Below, in pieces: positions 23,101 through 37,261 of a stretch of 64,000 nucleotides of DNA. Location: the NCBI RefSeq assembly GCF_018977255.1, contig NW_024704743.1, positions 74,526,001 to 74,590,000 of the forward strand. Reading direction: 5' to 3'. The stretch is from Callorhinchus milii. Its lineage: Eukaryota. Numbering within the stretch: position 1 is the stretch's first letter; each line of letters begins with the position of its first letter. Position numbers and translations under genes: made by a program. A model generated the notes under the pieces. That model was not told the origin of the DNA. It made no database searches and worked only from the letters and a program-made list of their open reading frames with translations.

Positions 23101-26100
23101 CTGCAGCTCGTGTACTGTCCTACACCAGACTACGCGACCACATCACTCCCACCCTCACTCGCCTCCACTGGTTCCCCATCCCCCAGAGGATCGAATTCAA
23201 GATCCTCACCCTCACCTACAAGGCCATTCACGGCCTTGCACCCTCCTACCTCTCCGACCTACTATCCCCCTACTTACCTGCCCGTACCCTCCGTTCCTCT
23301 GGCTCCGGTCTGCTCCACATCCCCCGCCCCAACCACCCTACCATCGGTGGCCGGGCCTTCAGCCTCTCAGCCCCGAGGCTCTGGAACTCCATCCCCCAGT
23401 GCCTTCGCCGCCTCCTCCCTTTCCTCCTTCAAGGCCGGTCTCAAGACCTTTCTCTTTGACCGAGCCTTCAGCTCCCCTCTCGACTCTCTACCCCCTCCTC
23501 GCTCCCTCCCTTCCCTCCCCTCACCCTGACTAATTCCCCCCTGCTGGGGTCCTGACCCAACTGTACAGCGCCTTGGGACGTCCTCCCGCCGTGAAAGGCG
23601 CTCAATAAATGGAATCTTGTTGTTGTTGTTGTAGGTGGTAACACCGGTCTTGTTCTGGTGAGTGTATTCAGGGAATCATTGCAAACTGGAGCAGTGCCTG
23701 CAAATAGGAGAGGCAGGGGCATAACACAGCTATCTAAAAGGGGGCTATGGGCTGGTTCATTTAATGCCCGCTGAAGGGAATGAATTCTAAAGTTGGGAAT
23801 AATGAAGAAAATCTCAGGCAGCTCTCAACTTGCCTGAGCTGGATTGAGAGTTTGCCAGAATTTCCACAATCAGAATATCCTTAAATGAAATCTCGCAATG
23901 GGCTATTGAATCTTCAATCACTCAAGCTATAATCTGCCAAGAGTTTCCCGGTTCTCTTCTGTGCAAACTACCACTGTGTACTTCAAGATTACTCAAGATT
24001 ATTCCATCTTGTTGTAATAATAATGCATGTCTAATGATTAACAGCAGTGCATCAGTTATAGAAATCCTGCAAATTGAATTGCTCCCACAGGGCTCAGTTG
24101 GTGCAGGTAGAATTTGTGTATCCAACTCAGTCCAGGTAGTCAGGATAAGCATTTCTGTTGTGTGTCATCAGAACGGGCTGTTGGAATACATCAGTATCAC
24201 CAAACAATGCTCTGAACTTCGAGGACGTCCCATGAAAAACTCGAGCTGCCTCAACATCTATAAATGCCACAGCACGAGGGAGAGCATGATATGGGACAGA
24301 AAAGAGAAGTAGCAAAGTTGAAGTTCAAAAATTGAAGTTCAAAATCTTTGCTTCACTGAATATAATGGAACTGGTTCAGGTGGAAAAGGCCATGCTATCA
24401 GTTCACCTCCGCAGATATTGTCAATGCCCTCTATGACCAATCAATCTCGAGATCAATTAGTCATTCTCTCTGACCTGGATTGGTTTCCCTTTAGATTTGC
24501 TTTAATCTTAACGCTTTGAGCAAGTTTGTAATATAGGTGTTCTGGTGGGTTTATAAAATTCTGAAGTGTTTATGACAATAAGCTGAAGGAATCTTTTGGG
24601 AGGTTGGATAAATGGACCAATAATCTATTCCTGCCTAACACAGCTGTTAAGTTACTATGACAACAGAAATCGTAAGGCCTGAAGGAACACTTAAGGGACG
24701 TAGCAAACAGTTAAAGCTGAGTGACCTGATCTTACTCCTGAGCAGTTTCTTTGCTCATTTTCGTGCTTTTAAAAGGGATATTTCCTAACTTTGATGTGCT
24801 GCATTCTGTCATTAGTACGTGGGTTAGGAGTTTCCAAAAGGTATTTGACACTGTCATGTTCGAATTCTTCACTCCCTTGTTAACAACTTTTAAGAGTTCA
24901 GACCAGCCAGACTGCTTTCATATAGTGTAGTATAATCATCAGTAACTCACTACTCACTATTTTTTCCTGCTGTGTTAAAACAAACTAATAAACTAAACAT
25001 TTTAGTAATCACTCACTTATCCAGAATCATCTGTAGTCCTTTTAGACTTCGTGGATGAAAGAGAGGTCTATGGACAGACACTCTCTGATGAAAGCCCTTC
25101 AACATAGTGTAATAATCCTCTAGCATCAATATTGATTGGAGATCTTCATCATAAATTAATTGTACATCTCCCAGAAGATAGCTTATTCTTTCTTCTAACA
25201 AGGAAACTTGACTGTGAAGATTATAGTAGCTTGGCAACCTCTCCAACAGCTTGAAGTGAAATAATGTTTTGAAAAAACTACATTAATACCCGTTTCATAA
25301 ATCACATTGCAAGTCACAATTCTTTCCTTAATATATAGTAATGTTCACATACTGACAGAACTTGTCAACAAAACACAAATCTACATGCAACACAATGGAT
25401 TTAATACATTGATGTACTTCTTAGCACACTAAACTATGTTAGTAAAGTGTGAACAGTTCAGTTGTGTTAAAGCCTTGAAATGAACTATTTGCTATTTATA
25501 AGGTAAATCCCTACCATATTTTCTTTGCACGATTTATGACTCATTCACTACTATAAAATACATACAAGCACTCTATAACATACTGTTCTGTGACTCCAAA
25601 TATTGAAAACATTGATCTTGCTTCCTCTCATCATCCATGTTGCACTACTTGCATTAACTATCATAGTTATTGTAGAACAAGTACTGATAGCGAGACAGTT
25701 TTGCACTTCAGGAGACACAAATATTTCGGGGTTACTAGAACATTCTTTATCCTGCATGTACTTAACTACTGTAAATGTAACCAGAATAACCTCAGTACTC
25801 ACTTTGGTCCACTGATAATGGACATCTACTGTTCCCAGCATCACCTGCCCTGCAGCATTCATCCCTGTGTGATCTGTAAAGATCAGTGTGCATCCTGTAA
25901 AGAAAACACCACAAGTAGAAACAACAATAAAGAGTCCACTCCATTCTGTGGGCCGGAATCCCAACTACACCTGAAAGTACCGATTTACATTTAAGTTGAC
26001 CAAAAGAGTATAAAACGTCTATTTATTTTATGACTTTACAGTATTATGTTGAGTTTATACTGCACTTTTCTCAAAGTGAAAGTCATTACCCATCGCTGAT

Positions 26101-29100
26101 ATAAGACAAACCTTTCATATTCTGAAGTGCGTGTGAGTTCTGCTGGGCAAAACGACTTAAACTGTGCAACTGGCTGCAACGATGAGAAACTCCCCAACTT
26201 CTGTGCCACCTAAAAATAACAGAATACAATTAAACCGCATAGCTTAAGAAAATGAAGAAAGAAACATTTTGAAGCTGCCATTGGACAACTTTGAATCCCA
26301 ATGAAAAATGTCTATTCAAGAACTAAAGGCTGAATTTACTAAAATATTCCATGAACTTTCAGAAGTAAACGTTCTACATACAACCAGTTTTTAAAACAAA
26401 ACACACCAGTGTACGTCTTGATACTCTTAAGCATGGTGATGGGTTCCCGTGTGTCTGGCACACATGGGAACCCATCACCATGCTAAAGTGTATCAAAACG
26501 GAGAGGTTAATTTATGACAACTATACATGGAAGTTCCCTGTCTGGAATGGAATCCGCACTCTTTCTCCAGAGGGTCACAGCATTTTGGCTTATTGGCTTA
26601 ACAGGAGCTGAGTGGGAAGAAATCGCTGCTCCTCCAAGACTGGCTGGTCTGTCATCAGCAGTGCCCTGCAGTATCAGCAGAATGGCTCAGGAACCGGACT
26701 ACTGAGACCATTTGCAACGGACTTCCCAAAATATTATGTGTAAACAACTGTAGTTCCAAAAACCTGGAACAAGTTGGTTGATATTTGAGATCCCAAGTAT
26801 AATCAGAAGCCAATATTTCAGGGGTAGAAACAGCACCATCCATAGGAATATATATCTAAGGTACCCTGAACTACACAATTGGAGAGTGGCAGCTTTACAT
26901 AGAAAGTGTCTTATACTTGTGTCCCCCAATTACAAACTCCCCAACAAGTAGAAACAGCCTATTTATGCTAAATGGGGACTTAGAGCAGCAAAAATGATAT
27001 GAGCAATCAAAGGGAAATCTCATGCTAACCCCAAGACTGCAGGTACCAGCACCAGAAACAGACCCAAGGGTTTGGACTCTCAGAGGAAGGAGTGCAGAAA
27101 GAGACTGCTGGCAAACAAAAAGATCCAAAGAGGCAGATGCCTGCACTGGTGTTTTTCTTCACAGCAGCAAAGGTAAATTAAGATTCTATGGTGTTTGCTG
27201 CACATTGATGTCATTCACTCACAGTACCTGACATCCAACAGCTCCAGCTGCTGACAAAGTGTTGATTTTAAACAATCAAGCTCATCACGAAGTGGAACAC
27301 TATCATTTAACTTCTTGGTGGCAGTAGCTATGTTTTTGTCCAACCACAACCTAAAAAAGATACCAGAAACCGTTAATTATTAATATTGATCAGTCTCATC
27401 AGCATTCCTCTTAAACAATGAAAACAGACGATACTTTCAGTTATGTCAGAACCAGAAAATTACAAGGCTCAAAGAATAGATACACAAAGCAGTGGAACAA
27501 AAGGACACATATTTAGAATTGCAAAGGGCAATTTCAGGACTAACATCAGGATGTTTTTCTTTACTCAAGAGGGTATTTAATGACTGGATAAGGTTACCAG
27601 GAAGGGTGGTTGGGGCCAGGACATTGATCTGATTTTAAAAAAGAGCTTGAAGATGTGAATGGGTGGACGGTAGGGTAGGTGTTGTGGAAGGATGAGATCA
27701 CACGGGCCAAAGGGCCTTCTTCATCCAAATTAATCCTGTGATCTTGGTAATACATCCTTCAACTAGCATAATCTAAGAAAGAGGGTTTAACTATCTCGAA
27801 GGATCATCCTCATTCTTAGAATGTAGTCATCTCTGGGTTAAACCCACCACAAAACTGGTACACTAACATGATTCCAAGAGTCAGTGCTCCTTTAACTAAT
27901 GCCAGACTCATGACACACGCTATTCCTGCACTCCATACAAGACCTGTGTGTCATCACGCTGATCAGTTTGTTTTTGACTATGACACAGCGCACGTGACAA
28001 ATAACTAAACAATTAAACAAAAAGTGAATTTGTCTTCACATATCAACTGCTTTTATTCCACTGATTTAAAAAAATCCTTACATTTGATATAGTGCCTTTC
28101 ATATCAGGAGGATGTCCTAAAGTGCTTCATTCTAAAGTGTAGTCATTGTGTTTTTTGTAGGCAAATGTGGTAACCGATTTTGCTCAGCAGCATCTCATAC
28201 AAAATACAGAACACAGAAAATTCAAAGTACATCACAAGACCCATTCAACCATTCTGTTCGCAAGTTTAGGGGTATATATAAACAGGGAGAGAAGCAACGA
28301 GTCACAAATAAAAGTGTAATATATGAAAAGGGTGACGATGCTGATAAAGGACTTGAGGTGATGGCAGAGTGTCCATATTTAAAGAATATGGAACACCCAA
28401 TAAAATAGGTAATCTGTCTTCCTTCCTCATTCATCATCTTCTAAATAACAGTGGAACCTCCCATGGAACCTCCCAAGGAAGAAGGGGATCACATTGATGG
28501 TGTGGAGACTTGTGCTGCGAAGATAGACTTGTCAACTAACAACAAGAACTTACATTTGTATAACACCTTTCATGGCAGAAGGATGTCCCAAGGCGCTGGA
28601 CAATCAGGGATTTGGACCCAAGCATGGGGATTGGGATCAGGAGGGGTGGAGTGCAGGGAGGGTAGGAGGGTGACCAGTGACCAAAAGCATGGACGAAGAG
28701 GAAGATATTGAGATGCATCTTGAAGGAGGCAAGGGAGGGAGCAAGGCGAAGGGACTGTGGGGTGGAGTTCCAAAGTGTGGGGCAGAGAGGCTGAAGGGCC
28801 AACCACTGATGGTGGGGCTGGTCGGGTGGGGGACGTGGAGCAGGCTGGAGCCCGCTTATTATATCATTATTACCAGGATGTCATCTGACTTGATGGCTGG
28901 AAGAGATCCAGCCTGATTGGGCAAAACCTTGTTCCACCTTCAGGATATCTACAGACTCTAAGACAATACGACACAAATTGACATTTATATGTTGGGAGAA
29001 CATCTCAAGATGGCGGTGGGAGCCAAAGGGGATGGGGAGGGGAAAGAGATAGGTCTTGAGACAGACTTTGAAAGAGGTGAGGGAGGGAGCGAGTTAGAGG

Positions 29101-32100
29101 GATTCCTGGATGAAGTTCTAAGACCAGTAAGAGCTGACAGCTTGAAGGTTTCCCTATCTGCCTCTGCTCTTTGCAAGTTTGCAGAATAAACAGGAATGTG
29201 TGAGGATATTGCATCTCACAGGAGAATGACAAGCTGTCCATATCCGAGCCTGGTCACCCCTGGGTCAAAGGCAGAGGAGTGGTTGTTGTTAAATTTCAAA
29301 TAATTTTTCATATAAATATATACGGTTATACGTGTGAAACAAGCCATACAAATGATCTGAAAATAGAACAGGAGATTAGTTCTTGTGAAGACGTGTTCCA
29401 TAACAAATGAATTAATTAGAATGATGACATTGAGGCCTAAAAGGGAGCAATGCAATACTGTGTAACATGACTGATGGTTCTTAAAAGAGCTTTTACAATT
29501 TTTTTCAGGTTCCAGCACTGTGGCGTAGCTTACTCCTGCAGTACGAGGAGGATTAGAATAAAGAATATAATTGGAGACTGAGCTACATCTACCCCAGCGT
29601 TATATTCTCTATAGTTGGGGACAATGGTAGCTGACCTCGAGATTTAACATTTGACTGACTATACTAATCTGTCAAGGTTCTCATTTGTCTTGAATGCTTT
29701 ACTTTAAATTAAGTGTACAAAACCCTGGCCCTTTTATTTGCACGAAGCCAAATGGCTGCCGTCCGGCTCATCAAGCCGCTGTTGATGTCACTTCTGCAGA
29801 TACACAGAGAGCAGGAGGGGACAATGGCAGCAACCCAGTGACCAGGAAGTAAGACGTTTCTTAGCATGCCAAACCCTGCCCGGCGTTTTGAAGCAGACAG
29901 GTAAAATTTGTTGGATTTTGGTTAGGATTAAGGTTAAATAATATAATACAATAATAATCATCTTTGAATTTGATATAGCACTTGATCACGTTGTTGATAC
30001 ATCTCAAAGCGCTGCACAGAATATACTTTAAAGTGAATTGACTGTATATTCTGTGGGCAAAACGCGGCAGCCAATTACGCACAGCAGTGTCCCACAAACA
30101 GTCCCGGATTGAGCGACCAAATTATTTTTTTTTCAAAACTTATTTTTGATTTGAAGGGATTATTGCCCCGGAAAAGCGATCCACCAATCGACTAACAACG
30201 GGGTTTTTACTAACTGCTAGATAAACAGAGGCGTGTGGAGTTAGGAAACTTGCCCAACATTTCGCCCTTTAAATTTCAGGGCGTACGTTCCAATTATACG
30301 TTCCCTGTGTTATATGAAGCGCATTATCGCAGGGTTCTATTGTATATATAATTCATTTAATGACAGTGCTTTAATCCACTAATGATGCATTCAAGAATTT
30401 AAAGAGTTATAAATTAAGAAGACAGGTTGACTATACTAATATGACGGTGTGAAGACAAAGACATGTTAGGTACCCAAGTATAGGTTCTATCTGCCGAGCA
30501 ACCTCCAGCTCCTCTTCTGGGTCTTTGTGTCCAGTAAAAGCATAAAAGGTTTTGTTCCAGTGAAGAGGTCGGCAGAATGGAGCAGCACTGGTCTGTTGTT
30601 GTTGTTGTCGTCGTTGTTGTAAGCCCTCAGCAGTTTGTAGGTCCTGCATATGTTCAGTGGACAAGCGGCAGGATTTCAGGATATTTACAATTGTGCTGAG
30701 AAGGTCCTTGGATTGTAGTGTGAAGCTGACTGTTCGAAAGCCTAAAAAAGTTGTCAAAAATTGTTTAATAAATGTGCCAGGAATACCAAAACTAAAAAGC
30801 ATGAATTAAATTGCATATTTGTAAAAGTAAAGCTGCTGCTATTTATACTGTGTTCATTTTACAAGCCAAAAGCCAAGCCATTACCCTAACAGATAGGGTG
30901 GTCTGAGCTGGAGAAACAGCAGGAAGCTTGCCAGACAGTACTCTCAATGGCAAGCTATGTGATTTTTGGTGGTTAAACTATTCTAATCAACAATCTGGGG
31001 GTCTCCGAGCTTTGGCTCTCATCATCCTCAGCTTAATACTTTCTGGAATTATTTAATTATTTCGGTCAGCCGGGTGTCTGACAAATGCAGAAACCCATCA
31101 CCATGTTTAAGAGTATCCAAACCAAGATGAGATTTCCATGCATCCCACCCACACATCGAAATTCCAGAAATAGATTGCTGGAATGGAATGCGCACATTCC
31201 CAAGAGAGACGCATTCTGCTTACCTAATCCCGTAAAGTATTAGATGCAAGTTGGCAAGAGCCAAGGTTTGGAGATAGGTTAGCAAAAGTATATTTCTCCA
31301 GGGGGAGAGTGTATATTCCATTCCAGACACAGGGAGATTTCCATGTGTAGGTGACATACATAAGTGGAACTCGCAGTCTGTTGTGAATACTCTTAAGCAC
31401 AGGGATGAGTTCTGCTCATCAGACCCCTGGTGGACAAAAAAAATCTTAATCCCTTCAGTATATGAAATCCCATTTGAGACTTCTCTCCAAGGCTAAACAA
31501 GCCCAAGTTTGAAAGCATTCTTCCTCAATATTTATTCATTAAAATAATATACAGAAACGCTTGTGCAAAAAAGAGTAGAACTATTGTACATAAAGTATTA
31601 AACGGAGCATTAATAATTTCAAGATTTTCAACTATTCATCGAATGTGATCAGATCAGAAATGATCACACAATATGTTTCGGTACATACTAACATACTAAA
31701 CACATATTTTTGTAAAACTAACATACCTGACAGATTTAAGCATTGCCGGGAGAGGTTTGTACAACTGTCTGTCTCTCTCATGTAAAAGGTGAGATGAGTG
31801 GGTTTGAGGGGCCTGTAGCCAGGTCTTTGCAGGCCCTCCAAATAGCCATTTAGCCGTTTAAGGGAATTCTCATTCACTTCCTGCAAAAGTAAGATGGGAA
31901 TAACATAATGAAATTAATTTGTACAAAGCAGGTACACAAACAATACACGTTGCATAGCTATGGACCTGAGAATTCTTTTGATTCTGCAACTCTGCAGCTC
32001 GTGTACTCTCACACACCAGGCTCCGTGACCCCATCACTCCCACCCTCGCCACTGGCTCCCCATCCCCCAGAGGACTGAGTTCAAGATCCTCGTCCTCACT

Positions 32101-34878
32101 TTCAAGGCCATCCATGGACTTGCTCCCTCCTACCTCTCTGACCTCCTGACTCCCTACCAACCTGCCCGCTCCCTCCGTTCAGCGGGCTCTGGCCTGCTCC
32201 GTGTCTCCCGCCCGACCCGCCCTACCATCGGTGACCGGGCTTTCAGCCTCTCTCTGCCCCCACACTCTGGAACTTCGGTCCCACGGTCTCTTCGCCTCAC
32301 TTCCTCCTTTGCCGCCTTCAAGGCCGGTCTGAAGACCCTTCTCTTTGATCGTGCTTTGGTCTGCCTCCCACCTCTCTGCCTTCCCTCACCCCCACACCAC
32401 CCCTCCCCCATTGCTCGGGCCCCGACATCTGACTGTTCAGCGTTTTGGGACATCCTCCCAACATGAAAGGCGCTCTATAAATGTAATTTTGTTGTTGTTG
32501 CTATGGCACAATTCTATTTATCTCAACCAAGAACAATAATTTACAGTTCTACAGCACCTTTTGGGTCAGGAGAATATTTCAAAGTGTTTCTCACAGCTGC
32601 CTGGGCACCTGAGCGGGTGGGGGGTAGGGATGGAGGGGAAGAGGGAAAGGACAAAAAGATGACTGAAGAGGACAAAGAGAGAAGTTTTAAAACAGACTTC
32701 TCTCTCTAGGGGGGGAAGAGGAAAGCAAAGAGACCCCAGGATGGATTTCCAGAGGGAGGGGAGGAATGGCTGGAAGCTTGATTTGATATGAAGGAGGATA
32801 CTCCTGGCCAATTAAGCAGATTGTTTCAGTGCATGACTTGAACAAAGGGGAAATAAATGGATTTTTTTGCTCATCAGGGAACTCCTTACTGTCTATGATA
32901 ACATGTTTTCCACTTTTGACACTCAATAACAACACCAAACACTCCTATGCCACCCTCACTTGCAATGTCTGGATTCTATTAATAATAATAATAATTCATA
33001 ATAATAATAATAATAATAATCCTGATATCTGATGTCATGTTCAGAGAACGGATTGTAAGCTATACCGGAATTCACGTATACTATAAATTAACCAAAGACA
33101 ACGCATGAACTTGTTTTGCTAATAAAATCCAACTATGAAGACCTCAAAGATATGACACAGATGTTGTCAAACATGGAAAAAGGAGTGAAAGGATGTTAAT
33201 GATAAACAACAACAAGATTACATTTGTGTAGCGCGTTTCACATTTCAGATCCGAGCTGGGGTCAGGGGGGAGAAGGGAGGGGAGGGAAAGCGAGATGTGT
33301 TGAGTATAAATCCAACTATGAGACTTAATTTTCTTTGTGAATGTGTAAACCTTGTTGCCTTGTTTGTTCTCTTGTACGTATAATCACTAACACTATTTTT
33401 CCAATGGATTTGCTTTCAAAATATTTATATATAAATCTAGTGAAATATTTTGAGGCATCCTCAAAAGCAAGGCAAGGATATTATTTTAATGGAAAAATTA
33501 ATTTTAAAAATGCTTAGGAAGGCTGAGATACCCATTGCCTAAATATGACCATAATAACGCGGCTGTACAAGCAAACTTTACCTTCACCTATCCAGTACTG
33601 GGTAAATGCCAAGTTTTTCTATGTATTAGGTGTAGATTTGCTAAGAAGCGTTGCACAATGCAGTACACGAGCTCTTACCCTCTCTCTTGGGTGTTGTCCA
33701 AAGAAATCTGGGTGCACAGCAAAGTAAAATGGTCTCAATGCATTCACAGCATCGGTCGCTGATAATGTCCGCATTTGGCAGATTTGGTAGCTGAAAGCAC
33801 TTTCTGAGCAGAACCTGTTACATAAACAAAATAATCTAACGTAACAGAATTACATTATCAAATTACAATTCATCCTTGAGTTGCATTTTTCAAGATTATT
33901 GCACACCCCCATAGCTACTTCCATTTATTCCCCGTAGTTCCTGATTTCCATTGCACTGGTGTAAAAAGGAAAGACCAAAGGCAGGTTGCCATGAAGTGTA
34001 GTAACTTGGGACAATGTACATTTACAATGGAAAATACATAGGATCAACTTTATTAGTCTTATCACCAGTATTTGAGTTTGATTGTCTATTTTGATCGATT
34101 CTGGTTAGTAAAAGCTGTGGAAATAATACAAGTTAGAAAGATTCAAATGGTATATCTTGACACAGGTATCATGTCGTTCCATATTGATAGTTCTAACTTG
34201 TCCTTCAAATTATTCTTAAGCAATGGAACAGGAACAGAGACAAGGATACAATATAAATTTACATTTATACAGCGCCTTTCACTTTGAGAGGACATCCCAA
34301 GGCGCTGGACTATCCTAACTTGAGATGGACCTTGAAATAGGTGAGGGAAGGAACGAGTAGGAGGGAGCTTTAGAGAGTAGAGACAGAAAGGCTGAAAGCC
34401 TGACCGCTGATGGTGGGGCGAGTAGGGTGGGGGCATAAAGCAGGCCAGGGATGCAGGTTGCAGAAAAGGTTGCATATAATCTAACAGCTTCACAGACTAT
34501 TTCCATAGTTCCCATCAATCTTACCTCAGAGCAAGAGAAAGCATTTTGGTTCAGATTCCTGAACAAACTGAGGAAACTGGTGGCCTTGATACCTCATCAG
34601 GACCTGGTCTGAACACAGCAGCACCTGCATGTGGCCTCCACTACTGCAACAACTGGCAATGCTCCAAGTCCTAAGAGTGAACCTTTCACAAAGAGGGACT
34701 CTACAGTACAGCAGTTTTCAAATATCTCTACTTCCTTCAAAGTCCTTTAACTCATACACTCCTTCACTGCTCATTGTAAAAGCCAGAAGCTTATGAAAGC
34801 CTTTTTCATTCAGTCACAGGTATTGTCTGTTACAATTCATGACAGCTACTACCATCCTGGAAAACTTGGGAAAAACAT
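17163..34878 (-). CDS. TCAIM: T-cell activation inhibitor, mitochondrial; coding exons 34853-34878 (tentative start), 33679-33814, 31727-31880, 30474-30741, 27228-27350, 26112-26209, 25803-25894, 25017-25249, 19114-19245, 17163-17388 (~495 aa)
   Basis: Exons have AG/GT boundaries and compatible phases. They give [80 protein letters not shown] and [19 protein letters not shown], matching recalled TCAIM. The first coding exon and ATG are less certain (weak GTAGTA donor). Confidence 0.9.
18095..19020 (+). mobile_element. L2-clade LINE 3' fragment in the last TCAIM intron
   Basis: [24 protein letters not shown]; tail GAAAGGCGCTATACAAATG..TTGTTG. Confidence 0.88.
19628..19862 (-). mobile_element. 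tRNA-derived SINE (partial)
   Basis: Same family body and tail on the reverse strand. Confidence 0.8.
22560..22850 (-). mobile_element. Ancient DeuSINE-like (SacSINE/AmnSINE-type) element; related fragments at 1-100, 52250-52385, 52625-52770
   Basis: The reverse strand has a GGCTCA..TAGCACTTCGCCTCTGAGTCAGA head and CAGTGCAGTGCTGGGGAAGCATTGCA...CCTTCAGATGAGATGT..GATTCCATGGCACTGTTT, typical of this family as recalled. Confidence 0.65.
23030..23632 (+). mobile_element. L2-clade LINE 3' fragment
   Basis: [22 protein letters not shown]; (TTG)n tail. Confidence 0.88.
29948..30268 (-). mobile_element. tRNA-derived SINE (longer subfamily, head truncated)
   Basis: Tail, GGCTGCCGCG body and GGGCAAGTTTCCT segment; similar to 55703-56070. 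Confidence 0.8.
31065..31435. mobile_element. MITE-like repeat with ~55-bp imperfect TIRs; related termini at 22332-22390, 26418-26600, 52945-53050
   Basis: GTCTGACAAATGCAGAAACCCATCACCATGTTTAAGAGTATCC at the left; inverted GAATACTCTTAAGCACAGGGATGAGTTCTGC..CAGAC at the right. Confidence 0.6.
31985..32500 (+). mobile_element. L2-clade LINE 3' fragment
   Basis: Homologous to 23100-23632; (TTG)n tail. Confidence 0.85.
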
Positions 34879-36951
34879 CCTCCGCATTTGCTCTATGTGG
34901 AATTTTGGCCACTTTTCATCACTGATGACAATGTGTGGACAATTTTGAGAGTTCCTCGACCTGGAGGAAAAAACATACAAAAAATGTGTTTTTTTGAGAA
35001 ATACAAGATTAAGGAATACTGTAAGTAGCCATACAAAAAGATAAATTAATGTGAGAATGAACAATACACAAACACATTACAGAGGTAAGAGAATTAGTTC
35101 AGGGTAAGGAATTTGTGAGAGGCCTGACAAGGATTGATGAAAGGTCTATAGAGCACAAGAAAGTCTATAAACATCAGTTCTGGTCAGAATCACTATTCTC
35201 CAGGTGTGACTCTACACCTACCTTTTCATTACTTCGCCTGGGTGTTCCGGATGATAAGAAGGGAGTTTGTAATTGCTGAGGGCAGTTCAATATGGAAACG
35301 TGCGTTAGAAAACGGTTAAGTTTTTGCTTACATATTTGTATGGCCCTTTATATGTAATGTGTGTGTGTATATATATATATATATATGTGCCTCTCAAATG
35401 CAAAGCTAGTAGTTTTTATCAGTCTATTATTTAAAAAATGCTGTGCTTCAGCAAAATGCCTTCCCTTTATGACACACCAAAAAACAGTTCAGACCCTAGC
35501 GCCTCTGATCATTGGGCATCTTCTCTCAAGTGGTCGTCTTAAATCCTATATGTAGTTTCCATAGATTAATTTCCCAAACATCCTCTCAAGAAATGTACCG
35601 ACAAGTGTTCCCCAAAGAACCTGATTAAAGAAGGTAATGGAAGAATGCAATTGCTGCCATAGGGTCGTAAACTGAATTAGGCTGACATCGCAGGTCAACA
35701 AGAATTGAATTAACAGAACCCACAGAAAACAAATGAATTCTTAACACATTAAGCAAATGAAGGACCACCAATGAAACACAGAAGTGAGGTCATGCTGGTT
35801 TATCACAGCCTAAGCTGACACTCCAATGACAAAAGTGCCGCCCTTCAAACCGATGTCCCATCTGCCATGGGACGCTAAAAGTCCTGTGACACCATTCAAA
35901 AAGAGAAAGACTTTTCTGCCTGTGTCCTGGCCAACAATCCCCAAATAAAATAGGTTATTCACGCAGTAGCTGTTTTGGGGACTTTGTGGTGTCCAAATTG
36001 GCTTCCGTCTTTGCCTAGAAATACACATTCACTACAATTTACACAAAATCCTGTGAAGTGCTTTGAGATGTCCTCTCGGGTCCTGCTTGAACTACCACCA
36101 TCACCTTTGGCTTTGCAAATGGTTTCTCCTCCCGCCCCCGCACGGTCACCTGTGCTGTACTCCAGGATTCTAGCCTCAGCCTCCTCTTTTTCTCACTTAC
36201 ATGCTTCATGCCATGACACCTCCCTACTTCTCTGACCTGCTTACACACCACTCCTCAACATGCCCTCTTCGCTTAGTTGGCTCAGGCTCCTACTTGTCCC
36301 TCATCCTCTCGCTCCTCTGTGCTTTCAGGACCTGAGCCTCTGCCTCCTTTAATGTTAAGCGCTGATATACAATCCCACCCCCAAGAGTGCAATATAAACC
36401 CCAAGTTGTTGTTATTGTTGTCAAAAGGCACTATGTCAAATGCAAGAATTATTCTTCGTATCATATTATTAACTACAGTATATTATCACTATTTGAGGAG
36501 AGTTGTTGATTGTTTGGAGAGAAAAATAAATTTCCAGCCAATCCCACATCTTGGATGTTTTCTCTGGATCCTAAACTCATCCCTATTCCTATAGGGGTGA
36601 AAGTCTATTTAAACGACCATGAAACGTCTCTCATACAAAGGAATATTGGGATGTGAAATGTGAATAATAAACGTTACACTGAGGGCAGTGCCTCTCAGGT
36701 GGGGAGGAAAACGTTGCCAACGTTGACTGTGACTGACTGACCAACCAGTCTCCACACTGACATCACCAACAACAACAATAAGTTGCATTTATGCAGCGCC
36801 TTTCATACGGGATCGAGGAGGGAGATCAGCGACAGGGGCTCAGGGCAGGGGGTAGAGCCACCGCTCACCAGCCTTAACCCCCTCCTCACACCGACCCCAA
36901 CAGCCCTCTCACACCAACACCAGCCCCAACACCAGCCCCAACACCAGGCCC

Positions 36952-37257
36952 AACAACAACAAAATTACATCTATAGAGCGCCTTTCACGTCGGGAGGACG
37001 TCCCAAAGCTCTGAACAGTCAGATGTCGGAGCTCGAGCAATGGGGGAGGGGTGGTGTAGGGGTGAGGGAAGGCAGACAGGTGGGAGGGAGACCAAAGGCC
37101 CGGTCGAAGAGAAGGGTCTTAAGACCGGCCTTGAAGGAGGCAAAGGAGGAAGTGAGGCGAAGGGACCGTGGGATGGAGTTCCAGAGTGTGGGGGCAGAGA
37201 GGCTGAAAGCTCGGCCACTGATGGTAGGGCGGGTCGGGCGGGGGACATGGAGCAGCC
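36952..37257 (-). mobile_element. L2-clade LINE 3' fragment abutting a G-rich minisatellite
   Basis: Homologous to 14260-14550. Confidence 0.85.
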
Positions 37258-37261
37258 GGGG

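Noticed and set aside
35222..35275. Possible extra 5' exon of TCAIM (AG...AAG|GTAGGT)
   Set aside because: Only splice-like signals; no homology or transcript evidence.
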